Shown here piece after piece: positions 48,863-57,881 of a stretch of 64,000 nucleotides of DNA (within the stretch, counting starts at the first letter, position 1; every line of letters begins with the position of its first letter). The translations under genes were made by a program, and so were the position numbers. This stretch comes from an uncultured delta proteobacterium. GTDB taxonomy: Bacteria; Bdellovibrionota; FAC87; UBA2466. Below the pieces are notes generated by a model. That model was not told the DNA's origin. It ran no database searches and saw only the letters and a program-made list of their open reading frames with translations. The DNA is taken from the NCBI GenBank assembly GCA_963778115.1, contig CAVZSV010000004.1:2592001-2656000 (forward strand), read 5' to 3'.

Positions 48863-51295
48863 TTGAGGATAAATTCGATCATTGTTCTTCTAGCGTTAGT
48901 TTGTATTTCCGCTATGCCAAAGGCGCGTGGCGAGACGTTGAGTGCCCCTCTACCAACGAAAACGGCTAACAAAAACTCAAGACGAAAAACTGTATATTCC
49001 CGCCAACGAAAAGTGAAAGAGGCTCCGTTTCTCCAGGTGAAATATCGATCACTTAGAGGTTTAGACGAGTCGAACTCAAATTCGCCCAACGACATCTTCC
49101 ACATCGATCCTAATTATGCAGGCTCGGGTGCGGTTCGAGGAGGGACAACTGGATTTGTAGGTCCAGGGGGAGTGTGGGCGCCTCCCCCCCCATTACGAGG
49201 CCGATCCCTTCGTCCTTCAGATCAGGTGGGACTGACAATCAGCGTTGGACAAAACGTCTCTTTTGCAAATACGAGCTCCTTCGGACCTGGTCAGGGATAC
49301 GCGATGCCGTACTCAAACTCGTTCTCTCATGCCCCAGGTGGAATGATGAGTGGCCCCCCGGGGGGTGGCCTGATGGGCGGAGGAATGTCAGGCGGCGGTG
49401 GAATGATGGGTGGAGGTGGAATGATGGGTGGAGGTGGAATGATGGGTGGAGGTGGAATGATGGGTGGAGGTGGAATGATGGGTGGAGGTGGAATGATGGG
49501 TGGAGGTGGAATGATGGGCAGCGGGGGAATGATGGATAGCGGAATGATGGGCGGGGGAATGATGCCAGTTTCTAGTGATAGCCCTAACTCAAGTTCGGAT
49601 GGAAGTTCTACAACCAATTCAGACGGAGCCACTCAGTCCGATCCAATGGGAACCGGATTTCAGTCGGGAACGATGGGTGGCAGCGGAATGATGGGTGGCA
49701 GCGGAATGATGGGTGGCAGCGGAATGATGGGTGGCGGTGGAATGATGGGCGGCGGCGGAATGATGGGTGGCGGTGGAATGATGGGTGGCGGTGGAATGAT
49801 GGGTGGCGGTGGAATGATGGGTGGCGGTGGAATGATGGGTGGCGGTGGAATGATGGGTGGCGGTGGAATGATGGGTGGCGGTGGAATGATGGGTGGCGGT
49901 GGAATGATGGGTGGCGGTGGAATGATGGGTGGCGGTGGAATGATGGGTGGCGGTGGAATGATGGGTGGCGGTGGAATGATGGGTGGCGGTGGAATGATGG
50001 GTGGCGGTGGAATGATGGGCGGCGGCGGAATGATGGGTAGCGGGACAGCGACGAACCTTGCGGCCCGGTTTGGCTATTCGCCAACGAATGACTTCGGACT
50101 TTCTCTGGGAATCGGTACCTCTATTTCAGAGCCTTCCCCTCTGGCTAATTCAAGCTCCAACTCGCTCGGCGCCGCAGGATCAAATTCGGTGAGTAACACT
50201 CTTAATTTGTCAGCGATGATGAACTATCTACCCAGTAGGGATATTTCACTTTCGTTAATGCTAATGAGTATGATCCCGTCAAGCAGCACGACTCAGTCCC
50301 TACCATCAGCCGGAACTCCGGGCTACAACGCTCCGACCGGTTCAGGTCCAATGACTTTGCTAGTTCCGAGCGCAAACTTTCGAGTAACGGACGATCTCAC
50401 TCTCGGAGTGAGCTTGACTCAGATTTTCAACTATAACGGTATCGATTCGAATTTCGGTGTTAACGGGCCTCAAACCCCGGGTTACAGTAATGCCGGTCTA
50501 GGAAACAATTACGTCCAGGACACGACCGTACTAACGTCACGGGCCAGCTATTCACTCTCTCCCTATACGAGATTACTTTTAAGCATTCCGGTTGGATTTG
50601 AAAACGGTCTCCTAGATCCTTCGGCTGGAATAATTTCCAACGTTCCGATTTACCAGGACCGAGGGGCATTTTTCTCGCTCATGTTAGGCCTCCAGGCTAC
50701 AGCACCGTTATCGCAAATGAGCCAGCAACAATCCAAAATCAGCACCGTAACGGCCTCAATCGGTCCTAGTTATCGATATAAAGCCGTCTCCTTCACGTAC
50801 AACTCTCAGGTCGCTTATAGTTTTTACGCGAATCCTTACGGGACCACGAATGGAATGGGCTCCTTGGCGAATAGCTATGCGTCGGGATCTAGTACTAGTA
50901 TCGGAACCGGAACGAGTGCGCCACAGCAACTTCAAACGCTTAATTCGTTGAGCCTAGGGATAAAGATCGCCAAGGAGTGGCGGACCTTCTCTTCAGCAAG
51001 TGTTAATTTTACCTCAGATACAAGCCATGACATTAGTTGGGGAACTAGAGCGACACCGCTGGGTATAAGTTACTCGCCCAGCCCGCTTTCTATTTCAGCT
51101 GGATTTTCTCTAACTTCTAATCCGTTCAATGACCAAGTCGTCTCTTTTCCAAATCAGGCCATGATTTTCGGTTCAATGAGTTACACCTTTGGAAGTCCAC
51201 GGGCGGGTATGGGAGGAATGATGCCTCCAGCTCCTCGTTCCGATAGTAATCCGCCGAGGGTTCCGGCGAGTTCGTCGAGGAGCGACGATGAATAG
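48863..51295 (+). CDS. Secreted protein with (GGGGMM)n tracts and a putative C-terminal beta-barrel
   Basis: Signal peptide, 7+20 hexapeptide repeats, about 400 aa of amphipathic beta-strand-like sequence ending MSYTFG. Confidence 0.75.
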   Translation: MRINSIIVLLALVCISAMPKARGETLSAPLPTKTANKNSRRKTVYSRQRKVKEAPFLQVKYRSLRGLDESNSNSPNDIFHIDPNYAGSGAVRGGTTGFVGPGGVWAPPPPLRGRSLRPSDQVGLTISVGQNVSFANTSSFGPGQGYAMPYSNSFSHAPGGMMSGPPGGGLMGGGMSGGGGMMGGGGMMGGGGMMGGGGMMGGGGMMGGGGMMGGGGMMGSGGMMDSGMMGGGMMPVSSDSPNSSSDGSSTTNSDGATQSDPMGTGFQSGTMGGSGMMGGSGMMGGSGMMGGGGMMGGGGMMGGGGMMGGGGMMGGGGMMGGGGMMGGGGMMGGGGMMGGGGMMGGGGMMGGGGMMGGGGMMGGGGMMGGGGMMGGGGMMGGGGMMGGGGMMGSGTATNLAARFGYSPTNDFGLSLGIGTSISEPSPLANSSSNSLGAAGSNSVSNTLNLSAMMNYLPSRDISLSLMLMSMIPSSSTTQSLPSAGTPGYNAPTGSGPMTLLVPSANFRVTDDLTLGVSLTQIFNYNGIDSNFGVNGPQTPGYSNAGLGNNYVQDTTVLTSRASYSLSPYTRLLLSIPVGFENGLLDPSAGIISNVPIYQDRGAFFSLMLGLQATAPLSQMSQQQSKISTVTASIGPSYRYKAVSFTYNSQVAYSFYANPYGTTNGMGSLANSYASGSSTSIGTGTSAPQQLQTLNSLSLGIKIAKEWRTFSSASVNFTSDTSHDISWGTRATPLGISYSPSPLSISAGFSLTSNPFNDQVVSFPNQAMIFGSMSYTFGSPRAGMGGMMPPAPRSDSNPPRVPASSSRSDDE
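49391..49516 (+). repeat. 18-bp tandem repeat x7 (GGGGMM)
   Basis: Consensus GGTGGAGGTGGAATGATG. Confidence 0.95.
49676..50035 (+). repeat. 18-bp tandem repeat x20 (3 GGSGMM + 17 GGGGMM)
   Basis: Consensus GGTGGCGGTGGAATGATG. Confidence 0.95.
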
Positions 51296-51695
51296 ACCTT
51301 CTTTACTATTAATTGATGATGATACCAAGCTACTGACTCTGTTATCTCGGTATCTCACGCGTTATGGATACGATGTAATGGATACTAACAGTCCAAATTC
51401 AGGGCTTGCAATCTTTCATCGGAACAAATTCGACCTAATCATACTTGATAAGATGATGCCCGAAATTAACGGAATCGAACTGTGCAAGAAAATACGAGCG
51501 CAAAGTGACGTCCCCGTGATCATTCTTTCAGCAGACGAAACTATTCAGGCACAAGATGAGGCCAGATCGGCGGGGGCCACCCTCTTTGTTTCCAAACCAT
51601 TTCCTCCAGCGCTCTTGATCGCTAACCTAAGTATCCTCCTGAGGGAACATAATTTGGAAGAACACCTTCAGGGGATGAAAAACTTATCCAAGTGA
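51288..51695 (+). CDS. Single-domain response regulator
   Basis: LIDDD, LDKMMP, ILSA, SKP; overlaps the stop of the Met-rich gene. Confidence 0.9.
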   Translation: MNRPSLLLIDDDTKLLTLLSRYLTRYGYDVMDTNSPNSGLAIFHRNKFDLIILDKMMPEINGIELCKKIRAQSDVPVIILSADETIQAQDEARSAGATLFVSKPFPPALLIANLSILLREHNLEEHLQGMKNLSK

Positions 51696-51722
51696 TTCGA
51701 CGGGTTAGTACTGCCATTTCCC

Positions 51723-51748
51723 GTTACACACCGTTACCTAAAATTACT
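51723..51748 (+). promoter_or_regulatory. Triple direct repeat, putative OmpR-family autoregulatory site
   Basis: GTTACA-N4-GTTACC-N4-ATTACT upstream of the RR/HK operon. Confidence 0.65.
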
Positions 51749-51815
51749 TCACTGAAACCATACGAACCTCGAAATAGTTTATTCTACTCATAGGGGTAGG
51801 AAAGAGTGTGAGATT

Positions 51816-52541
51816 TTGAGCATTCAGGAAAAGACAATCCTAATCATCGACGACGATGCAAAACTCATTGACCTTTTAGGTCGCTACTTGCGCCAGCAAG
51901 GATGGAATGTGCTTTCCGCAACTAGTGCCAACGCCGGTCTATTATTATTTAAGAGTGCGAATCCATCACCGTCGCTCGTTATTCTGGATGTCATGATGCC
52001 TGAATTCAGCGGAGTTGAAGTGCTTCGTCAAATAAGAGGCGACAGCGAAACGCCCGTCATACTCCTTACAGCCCGTGAAGGGATTCAGGATCGGATTCAG
52101 GGCCTCAAAGGGGGAGCCGATGACTATGTGGCCAAACCGGTTGATCCAGGTGAACTGAGCGCCCGCATCGAGTCGATTCTTAGAAGATCCCAAAGAGTTC
52201 GGTACCAAACGACAAAGACTGAAATCTACTACTTTAAAAATCTCGAAATTAACGCATCTACTCGCTCAGCGATTTTGAACGGAGAGGAACTTTCTCTCAC
52301 AACAACCGAATTCAAAACTCTTCTGCTCTTCGCAACTAACCATGGTAAAATTTTAACGCGAGATGCAATTATGGATAGCCTTCGTGGGGAAAGTTGGAAT
52401 GCCTACCAACGTTCTATCGATATATTAATGAGCCGTTTGCGTCAAAAGCTTGGGGATAACGCTAAGAATCCCAAATATCTTAAGACAGTATGGGGTGAAG
52501 GGTATGTCTTCGTTGCGGAGAAGCTCCATGAAAAGCCCTAG
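51816..52541 (+). CDS. OmpR-family response regulator
   Basis: IIDDD, LDVMMP, GADDYVAKP, wHTH, KTVWGEGY. Confidence 0.95.
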   Translation: MSIQEKTILIIDDDAKLIDLLGRYLRQQGWNVLSATSANAGLLLFKSANPSPSLVILDVMMPEFSGVEVLRQIRGDSETPVILLTAREGIQDRIQGLKGGADDYVAKPVDPGELSARIESILRRSQRVRYQTTKTEIYYFKNLEINASTRSAILNGEELSLTTTEFKTLLLFATNHGKILTRDAIMDSLRGESWNAYQRSIDILMSRLRQKLGDNAKNPKYLKTVWGEGYVFVAEKLHEKP

Positions 52542-53877
52542 TACGTTTTTCAGGGACATCAAAAGTTCAATATTCGTAAGGCTGTTTTGCATTGTGCTTT
52601 TAACCGGCGTCGGTATCAATCTGCTCGTCTTTGTTGCCGTACCGGTATTATTTATGCCACACATGCCGCAAAGCATGGAAAACCTCATGCACCGCGCTTT
52701 CCAATCAACCGCTGACGATATTGCGAAGGATTCAAGTTTTAGAAAAGCCAGTGAACTCGCAGCCGAGCTGGGACAGGGAATTCGCATCGAGGGAGACGGA
52801 TGGCAATGGACCTCGGACAACTCTCTTCCTTCAATCGACGAATTTGCGAAGCACATGCCCTCCACGAAAAGAAATTTTTTGAGCCCGCCACAGCTCCCGC
52901 CTTTTGTACACGTCTATAAGGTAAAGTTCGATCGGGGGCCCGCTAGAATTGCATTTTTTGGGATCCATGGGCCAGATTTTATTGTGAACCTTGGGGCGCT
53001 GGTGGCACTCCTTACTCTGCTCACCATGGTAATTCTGTCGAGTTATATTTTGATACGAAGAATGTTGCGCCCATTAAAGATCCTGACCGAAGGTGTCGAG
53101 ATAATTTCATCTGGAAATTTCGACCATCAAGTTAACTATGGTAGCAAAGATGAATTTGGGCGCCTCGTTATTGCGTTCAATCAAATGACTTTGAAAATAA
53201 AAGGGATGATAGAGGGCAAAAAGCGGCTTCTTTTAGACGTAAGTCACGAACTGAGAACTCCGCTTTCACGGGCTAGAGTAGCTCTTGAATTTATTCCAGA
53301 CCCGAATACTCGCAAAGAGGTGTTGGAAGAAGTAGAAGAAATGTCCCGGCTTGTTCATGGCATTTTGGAAGGGGCTCAGGCTGACAAAGATTTGAATAGC
53401 CTAAAGTTGGAGTCTGTCCTCTTAAGCGACATTATTTTAAGTACCACCGACAAGTACCGTCACGCTGCAAACCCCATTTCTTTTAAATCGCTAGCATTAG
53501 ACTACAGGGTATTTGCCGAGCCTGATCAGGTTCGAATAGTACTTCGAAACCTAATTGAAAATGCCATTAAATATTCTGCTCCGCAGGCAGAAATTGAAAT
53601 CGAATGCTTTCACGAAAAGGATCAAGTCATGGTTCGAGTCTCGGATCACGGACCCGGCATCCCTTCTGATGAATTAGAGAGGATTTTCGAACCGTTCTAC
53701 CGAGTCGATAAGTCGAGGACCCGAGAGACCGGCGGATTTGGGCTCGGTCTTAGTCTCTGCAAGAAAATCATAGAAGCGCACGGAGGCCGAATGTGGGCGC
53801 AATCCGAGGAAGGCCACGGCTCTAAGTTTTATTTTAGTCTCAAGGCAAGTTCCTCCAAAAACGTTACCGCCGCTTAG
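52528..53877 (+). CDS. HAMP sensor histidine kinase (CpxA/BaeS-like)
   Basis: 2 TM, HAMP, VSHELRTP, NAIKY, DHGPGI, GFGLGL. Confidence 0.95.
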   Translation: MKSPSTFFRDIKSSIFVRLFCIVLLTGVGINLLVFVAVPVLFMPHMPQSMENLMHRAFQSTADDIAKDSSFRKASELAAELGQGIRIEGDGWQWTSDNSLPSIDEFAKHMPSTKRNFLSPPQLPPFVHVYKVKFDRGPARIAFFGIHGPDFIVNLGALVALLTLLTMVILSSYILIRRMLRPLKILTEGVEIISSGNFDHQVNYGSKDEFGRLVIAFNQMTLKIKGMIEGKKRLLLDVSHELRTPLSRARVALEFIPDPNTRKEVLEEVEEMSRLVHGILEGAQADKDLNSLKLESVLLSDIILSTTDKYRHAANPISFKSLALDYRVFAEPDQVRIVLRNLIENAIKYSAPQAEIEIECFHEKDQVMVRVSDHGPGIPSDELERIFEPFYRVDKSRTRETGGFGLGLSLCKKIIEAHGGRMWAQSEEGHGSKFYFSLKASSSKNVTAA

Positions 53878-53991
53878 GCTCCCTGCTCCGGTTCCCCTCT
53901 TCCACCCATTAAGATAACGGCAGTTAGAACTCCAACTCAATTGTGCTATTTAGGCACCCCGCGCTTCGTAACTTCTCGTGTTCGCTTATGA

Positions 53992-54017
53992 TTTACATTC
54001 CGTTACAAATCGAAACT
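53992..54017 (+). promoter_or_regulatory. Direct repeat, putative OmpR-family binding site
   Basis: TTTACA-N4-GTTACA-N4-GAAACT. Confidence 0.55.
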
Positions 54018-54087
54018 GCGCCGAAAGGATCTTTTTAAACCCGGTTGTTAGACTGACCATAGAGAAACAAAAAAACGGGAGAGACAC

Positions 54088-54492
54088 ATGAAAATCCAGC
54101 AACTATTAGCCGTTATTTCCATCGTATTTATTTCCGCAACAGCATTAGCGGAAACACAACAGCCTACAGAACAGCAGCAACAGAGTTTCGCAGCATGTAT
54201 GGCCCAACATGGACAGCGTGTGCCCCAACCACCCACTGGCGGGATGACTCCGCCTCAGCCTCCCCAAGCATTTTTGGACTGCATGACCCAGCAAGGGCAA
54301 ACATTGCCTCAACCACCTCAAGGGGATCCTCAGGACGGTCAGCCGCCTCAGTTGACTTCTGCTCAACAGGCCGCACTCGCCCAATGTAAGCAATATCTCC
54401 CGCAAGGCGGTCCGCAGGGAGGCCCTCAAGGTAATAGTTCCCAGGCCAAGGCGTTTGATATCTGCCGCCAACAGTCTTTAAGCGGACAATAA
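54088..54492 (+). CDS. Secreted Gln/Pro-rich protein with four Cys helices
   Basis: Signal peptide (ALA); FAACMAQHG, FLDCMTQQG, LAQCKQYLP, FDICRQQ. Confidence 0.8.
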   Translation: MKIQQLLAVISIVFISATALAETQQPTEQQQQSFAACMAQHGQRVPQPPTGGMTPPQPPQAFLDCMTQQGQTLPQPPQGDPQDGQPPQLTSAQQAALAQCKQYLPQGGPQGGPQGNSSQAKAFDICRQQSLSGQ

Positions 54493-54705
54493 TTCGTAAT
54501 TTCCCAACAACCCACTGCCTTCGATTATTTGAGCGGTCGAGTATTTGAAGGCAGTGGGATAGTCCCCTCAAACTAGCTAGCGCTCTCGGTTCTTTCGAGA
54601 GCATTTTTTGTCAGCGAATGTGTACATTACGAGACTATTCGGTACAACTTTTGAAATTGTACCGTGAAAACCGATCTCCTATTGTTACACTTTTCTTTCT
54701 GTGAT

Positions 54706-54720
54706 CGGCACGGACGTTGC
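54706..54720 (+). promoter_or_regulatory. Putative sigma54 promoter
   Basis: CGGCACGGACGTTGC(T). Confidence 0.65.
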
Positions 54721-54745
54721 TTAAGTTCCCTCCCAGGAGGGAATT

Positions 54746-54988
54746 ATGAAAACTCTTCATATCCTGTTTTTGGTTATAGTTGGACTCTTACTACTGGGCT
54801 GCGGCTCCGGACAAAATTCGGTCGCAACCACCTCGGCCTACCCTGGCTACAACACGACTTCCGGTTATGGTTACGGATATCCCAGCAGCGGTAACGGGAG
54901 TTATGGAAGCTACGGCTATGGTTACCCGTCCGGATATTACTACGGCTATCCGAGTGGATACTATTACGGCTATTCCACCGGGCACTAG
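54746..54988 (+). CDS. Small Gly/Tyr-rich lipoprotein
   Basis: AGGAGG RBS, LLG-C lipobox, YGYPSGYY repeats. Confidence 0.8.
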   Translation: MKTLHILFLVIVGLLLLGCGSGQNSVATTSAYPGYNTTSGYGYGYPSSGNGSYGSYGYGYPSGYYYGYPSGYYYGYSTGH

Positions 54989-55244
54989 CGACGTGAAAAG
55001 GTAAACGGTCCTTACGCTTAGATTCCGGGAACCAGCAAACGCATACGGAATTAAAGGTGAGTTCACCGAGCACTAAGCAGGACGCGTAGAAATTTTGTCA
55101 ACTTTTTGTCAAGCACCGGCTGAAAACAACGGTCAAAATCCAGTAAGAACCAGACTCGCTCGCCTTACCTAAGTTATTGTTTTATTTTGTCCATCCTTGT
55201 AATTTCGAGCACATGTCTCAAAACGCTGATCAGTGCTGCATCGT

Positions 55245-55287
55245 ATTTCTAATCTGGGGGTTGTTGGTTCAATCCCAACTGGGCCCA
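55245..55287 (+). repeat. att site: duplicated 3' half of tRNA-Arg
   Basis: 43 bp identical to 40654-40696. Confidence 0.95.
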
Positions 55288-55538
55288 AATAAATTCCAAC
55301 AGTTACCCCCTTCAAGAAACGAAAGATCATACACAAAACACGAATCTGGAACATTTCGTGGAACATCCGTTTCGAAAACTCGAAAAATTATTGAATGGTT
55401 TTCTCGTCGATAAGTGAGATCGAGCACCAGATTATAAGTCTGGGGGTCGTTAGAATCCGTTTCCAAAAGAAATTAGGGAATTACACAAACACCCGAACTA
55501 TCGAGAGTGGAACATTCTTGCGGCTCCATGGTGCGCCA

Positions 55539-56117
55539 TCAAGAGTCTTGCAGAACAGGTGTGATTTGATCGACTAATTCCGTTTTCTCTGCCTTCTTTA
55601 CGAAGCCTGCCTTGAGATATGTCGATAACGCGTTTGGGTGATCTAAGTCGCAGCTATGAAGCCAAAGACGACTTGGAGCTAATTGGTCCCAAGCATAGTT
55701 AATAGTCCAATCTAGAAATCCTCTGCCAAGACCCCGCCCACAATATTCTGGAATCAGCCCGAAGGACAAAATCTCAACCTCATTATTTTTGTCCGAACGG
55801 ACAAACTCGACATACCCTGCCGGATCCCCTGCGTAGTAGAGAACAAATATTTCGGTGCCAGGCTTTTGTATAAGCTGCAGAAGCTGTTCATCGGACATGA
55901 GCTTCCGCGCCGTCCACGTCCACACGCCTCCCACCTGATCATACAGGAAACGGTAAAAGTCCACGCGAGGACGTTCAACCTTCAGAATTAAAGCCTCCTT
56001 TGGCAGGGAAATTGACTTAACTCCGGCCGGGCGTTCCGTCATTTCAAGGTAACTTACCTGTGTGGGAATTTTCCCAATTGACTCGAATCGCAAGAATTTA
56101 GCTCTATTTTGCATCAA
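55539..56117 (-). CDS. GNAT N-acetyltransferase
   Basis: FGLIPEYCGRGLG, LWLHSCDLDHPNALSTYLKAGF. Confidence 0.9.
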   Translation of the reverse strand: MMQNRAKFLRFESIGKIPTQVSYLEMTERPAGVKSISLPKEALILKVERPRVDFYRFLYDQVGGVWTWTARKLMSDEQLLQLIQKPGTEIFVLYYAGDPAGYVEFVRSDKNNEVEILSFGLIPEYCGRGLGRGFLDWTINYAWDQLAPSRLWLHSCDLDHPNALSTYLKAGFVKKAEKTELVDQITPVLQDS

Positions 56118-56734
56118 TCTACTCTAGCAACGACGCGAACCGGTGCGGCTTCAACACGCAACTTTGCAGGAAGGGCGATCACTTCAAAACGATCGCATCC
56201 CACGAGTTTTTCCAAATTCTCCAAATTTTCTATAATGAGAACTCCTTGCGCCAACAAGATTCTATGGATGGGATAGGGAGCCTGATCCGGACTCGGGGTA
56301 TCAAGTCCAACGGCAGCTACTCTCTTCGAGGTCAGGTCTTTTGCGAGCCCCTCGCTCACCCAAGGAAATGTCGTGAAATAGTCCTCGTGTCGAAACTTCG
56401 AACCGTGTCCCGTCAAAATTAGAACGATGTCCCCTTCTTGCACTTTTTTCTGGTCGAGAATACTTCGATCCACTTCTCCTTTAGCCCCTCTCGCATCCAG
56501 CAAAACTCCCCTACCGATAAACTTCTCTACTGGGACCTGCGAAATAAAAATTCCATTCTTAACCATATGAAGAGGAGCATCCATGTGCGTACCAACGTGC
56601 ATTCCCGTCGAAATCTTATAATCAACGTAACCGTTCGATTCAAAAGAAGCGATTTTCTCGAATACAGGAGATGGGTCTCCGGGATACACCGGCATCTGCT
56701 CACTAAACTCTCGAGTCAGGTCTATTAGCTGCAT
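56114..56734 (-). CDS. Cyclase family (kynurenine formamidase-like) protein
   Basis: MPVYPGDP, HVGTHMDAPLH, DTPSPD, IIENL. Confidence 0.92.
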   Translation of the reverse strand: MQLIDLTREFSEQMPVYPGDPSPVFEKIASFESNGYVDYKISTGMHVGTHMDAPLHMVKNGIFISQVPVEKFIGRGVLLDARGAKGEVDRSILDQKKVQEGDIVLILTGHGSKFRHEDYFTTFPWVSEGLAKDLTSKRVAAVGLDTPSPDQAPYPIHRILLAQGVLIIENLENLEKLVGCDRFEVIALPAKLRVEAAPVRVVARVD

Positions 56735-56994
56735 TTCTAATCCTCTTGTTCATTGCGCCTCGGTCTAGGCCGCTTTCGAAACCCCAATTTGCGTCCGGAA
56801 TCCAAGTGAGCCCAGTAGGATTCGAGCTTATATCATAAAAACCGCATTGGGTTCAGTTACAGGGAGACGGGCATTTTTATTCAATGAATCCAAGGTCTTT
56901 AGGCGCTTATCCTCCGTTGATTAAAAACGTTATTTATGTTATATTTGTTATGTAGGTTATATTGGCATTTGCCGATAGGCTTATAGGAGTCGAA

Positions 56995-57393
56995 ATGGAT
57001 GTTGTCATTACAGCCTGGGCTTTGAATTCCTATTTGGTGCTCAAGCACCAAAATGCATTCACAGATCAGGAGTACAAGAATGTCATCCGCCCGGACGTGC
57101 TTCTTTTGAAGAACTACCAGAATGAAGCCAAATTTAAGAATTCCAAGTTTTGGTCCCAGGCCACGGATCGTTCAGGAAATAGAATTCCGGATGGTTTCAA
57201 GATGAAGTGGCACAATCTCGGAAACGGAAAAGTGCAGCTTAGATTGCCTGTAGGCCTGTTTTCAGAGGCATTGCTTTGCGAAGCCTACATTAAGGGAAAC
57301 GCCAAACTTGAGCAAAGAAAGATTGCACGTTTTAAGACTCACTTAGAGCTGATCCGACGCGGGCAATACACTGAATGTGGGAGACTATCATGA
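56995..57393 (+). CDS. Putative toxin, divergent RelE/HigB-like
   Basis: 132 aa, basic, LCEAYIK motif, ATGA overlap with the HTH gene. Confidence 0.6.
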   Translation: MDVVITAWALNSYLVLKHQNAFTDQEYKNVIRPDVLLLKNYQNEAKFKNSKFWSQATDRSGNRIPDGFKMKWHNLGNGKVQLRLPVGLFSEALLCEAYIKGNAKLEQRKIARFKTHLELIRRGQYTECGRLS

Positions 57394-57881
57394 AAGCATC
57401 GAAACTAGCTGCGGATCGCCGAGTTGAAATCATCGAAATTGGCCATTCGATGAATCAAAGTGGACTTTCCAAAAGCTTCATCGCTTCTGCCGTCGAAACG
57501 GCTTTCGAATTTGAAGGGGTGTACGATCTACTCAAAATGTGGTCTGAGGAAAAGGACCAAAAAGAGAAAGACGAGATAGTCGCCGATATTCAAGACTTGG
57601 TAGATGATTGTGCGCAGAAAGACAAGATCGAAGGAACGTATGTTCGCTTCGATGATCTGGATGCTATCGCAAAGAACATTCGTGGCTTTAAAGACAATTT
57701 GCGCCTTTTGGTAGATAAGCAGGGCGGGATTGGCCACCTTTCTCAAATTACCGGAATTCCCCAACCCTCATTGTCACGTTTTTTTGGCGAAACGTCGATG
57801 CCGAGGAGAACCACGCTCCTAAAGATCGCAAAGGCTCTGAATTTAAGCCAAGTGCAAATTGCCACCGAGTGGGCCCGCTGA
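57390..57881 (+). CDS. XRE-family HTH protein, putative antitoxin
   Basis: Acidic N-terminal domain; C-terminal LSQITGIPQPSLSRFF...PRRTTLLKIAKAL. Confidence 0.85.
   Translation: MKASKLAADRRVEIIEIGHSMNQSGLSKSFIASAVETAFEFEGVYDLLKMWSEEKDQKEKDEIVADIQDLVDDCAQKDKIEGTYVRFDDLDAIAKNIRGFKDNLRLLVDKQGGIGHLSQITGIPQPSLSRFFGETSMPRRTTLLKIAKALNLSQVQIATEWAR

Larger units (their letters stand above)
40697..55287. mobile_element. Genomic island 1 integrated at tRNA-Arg (about 14.5 kb, no integrase)
   Basis: 43-bp duplication of the tRNA 3' half at 55245-55287. Confidence 0.85.

Noticed and set aside
49174..50084. Alternative-frame repeat ORFs (WNDGWR, PPPPII, HPSFHR)
   Set aside because: Shadows of the 18-bp GGGGMM repeat; only the 810-aa frame has a signal peptide and flanking domains
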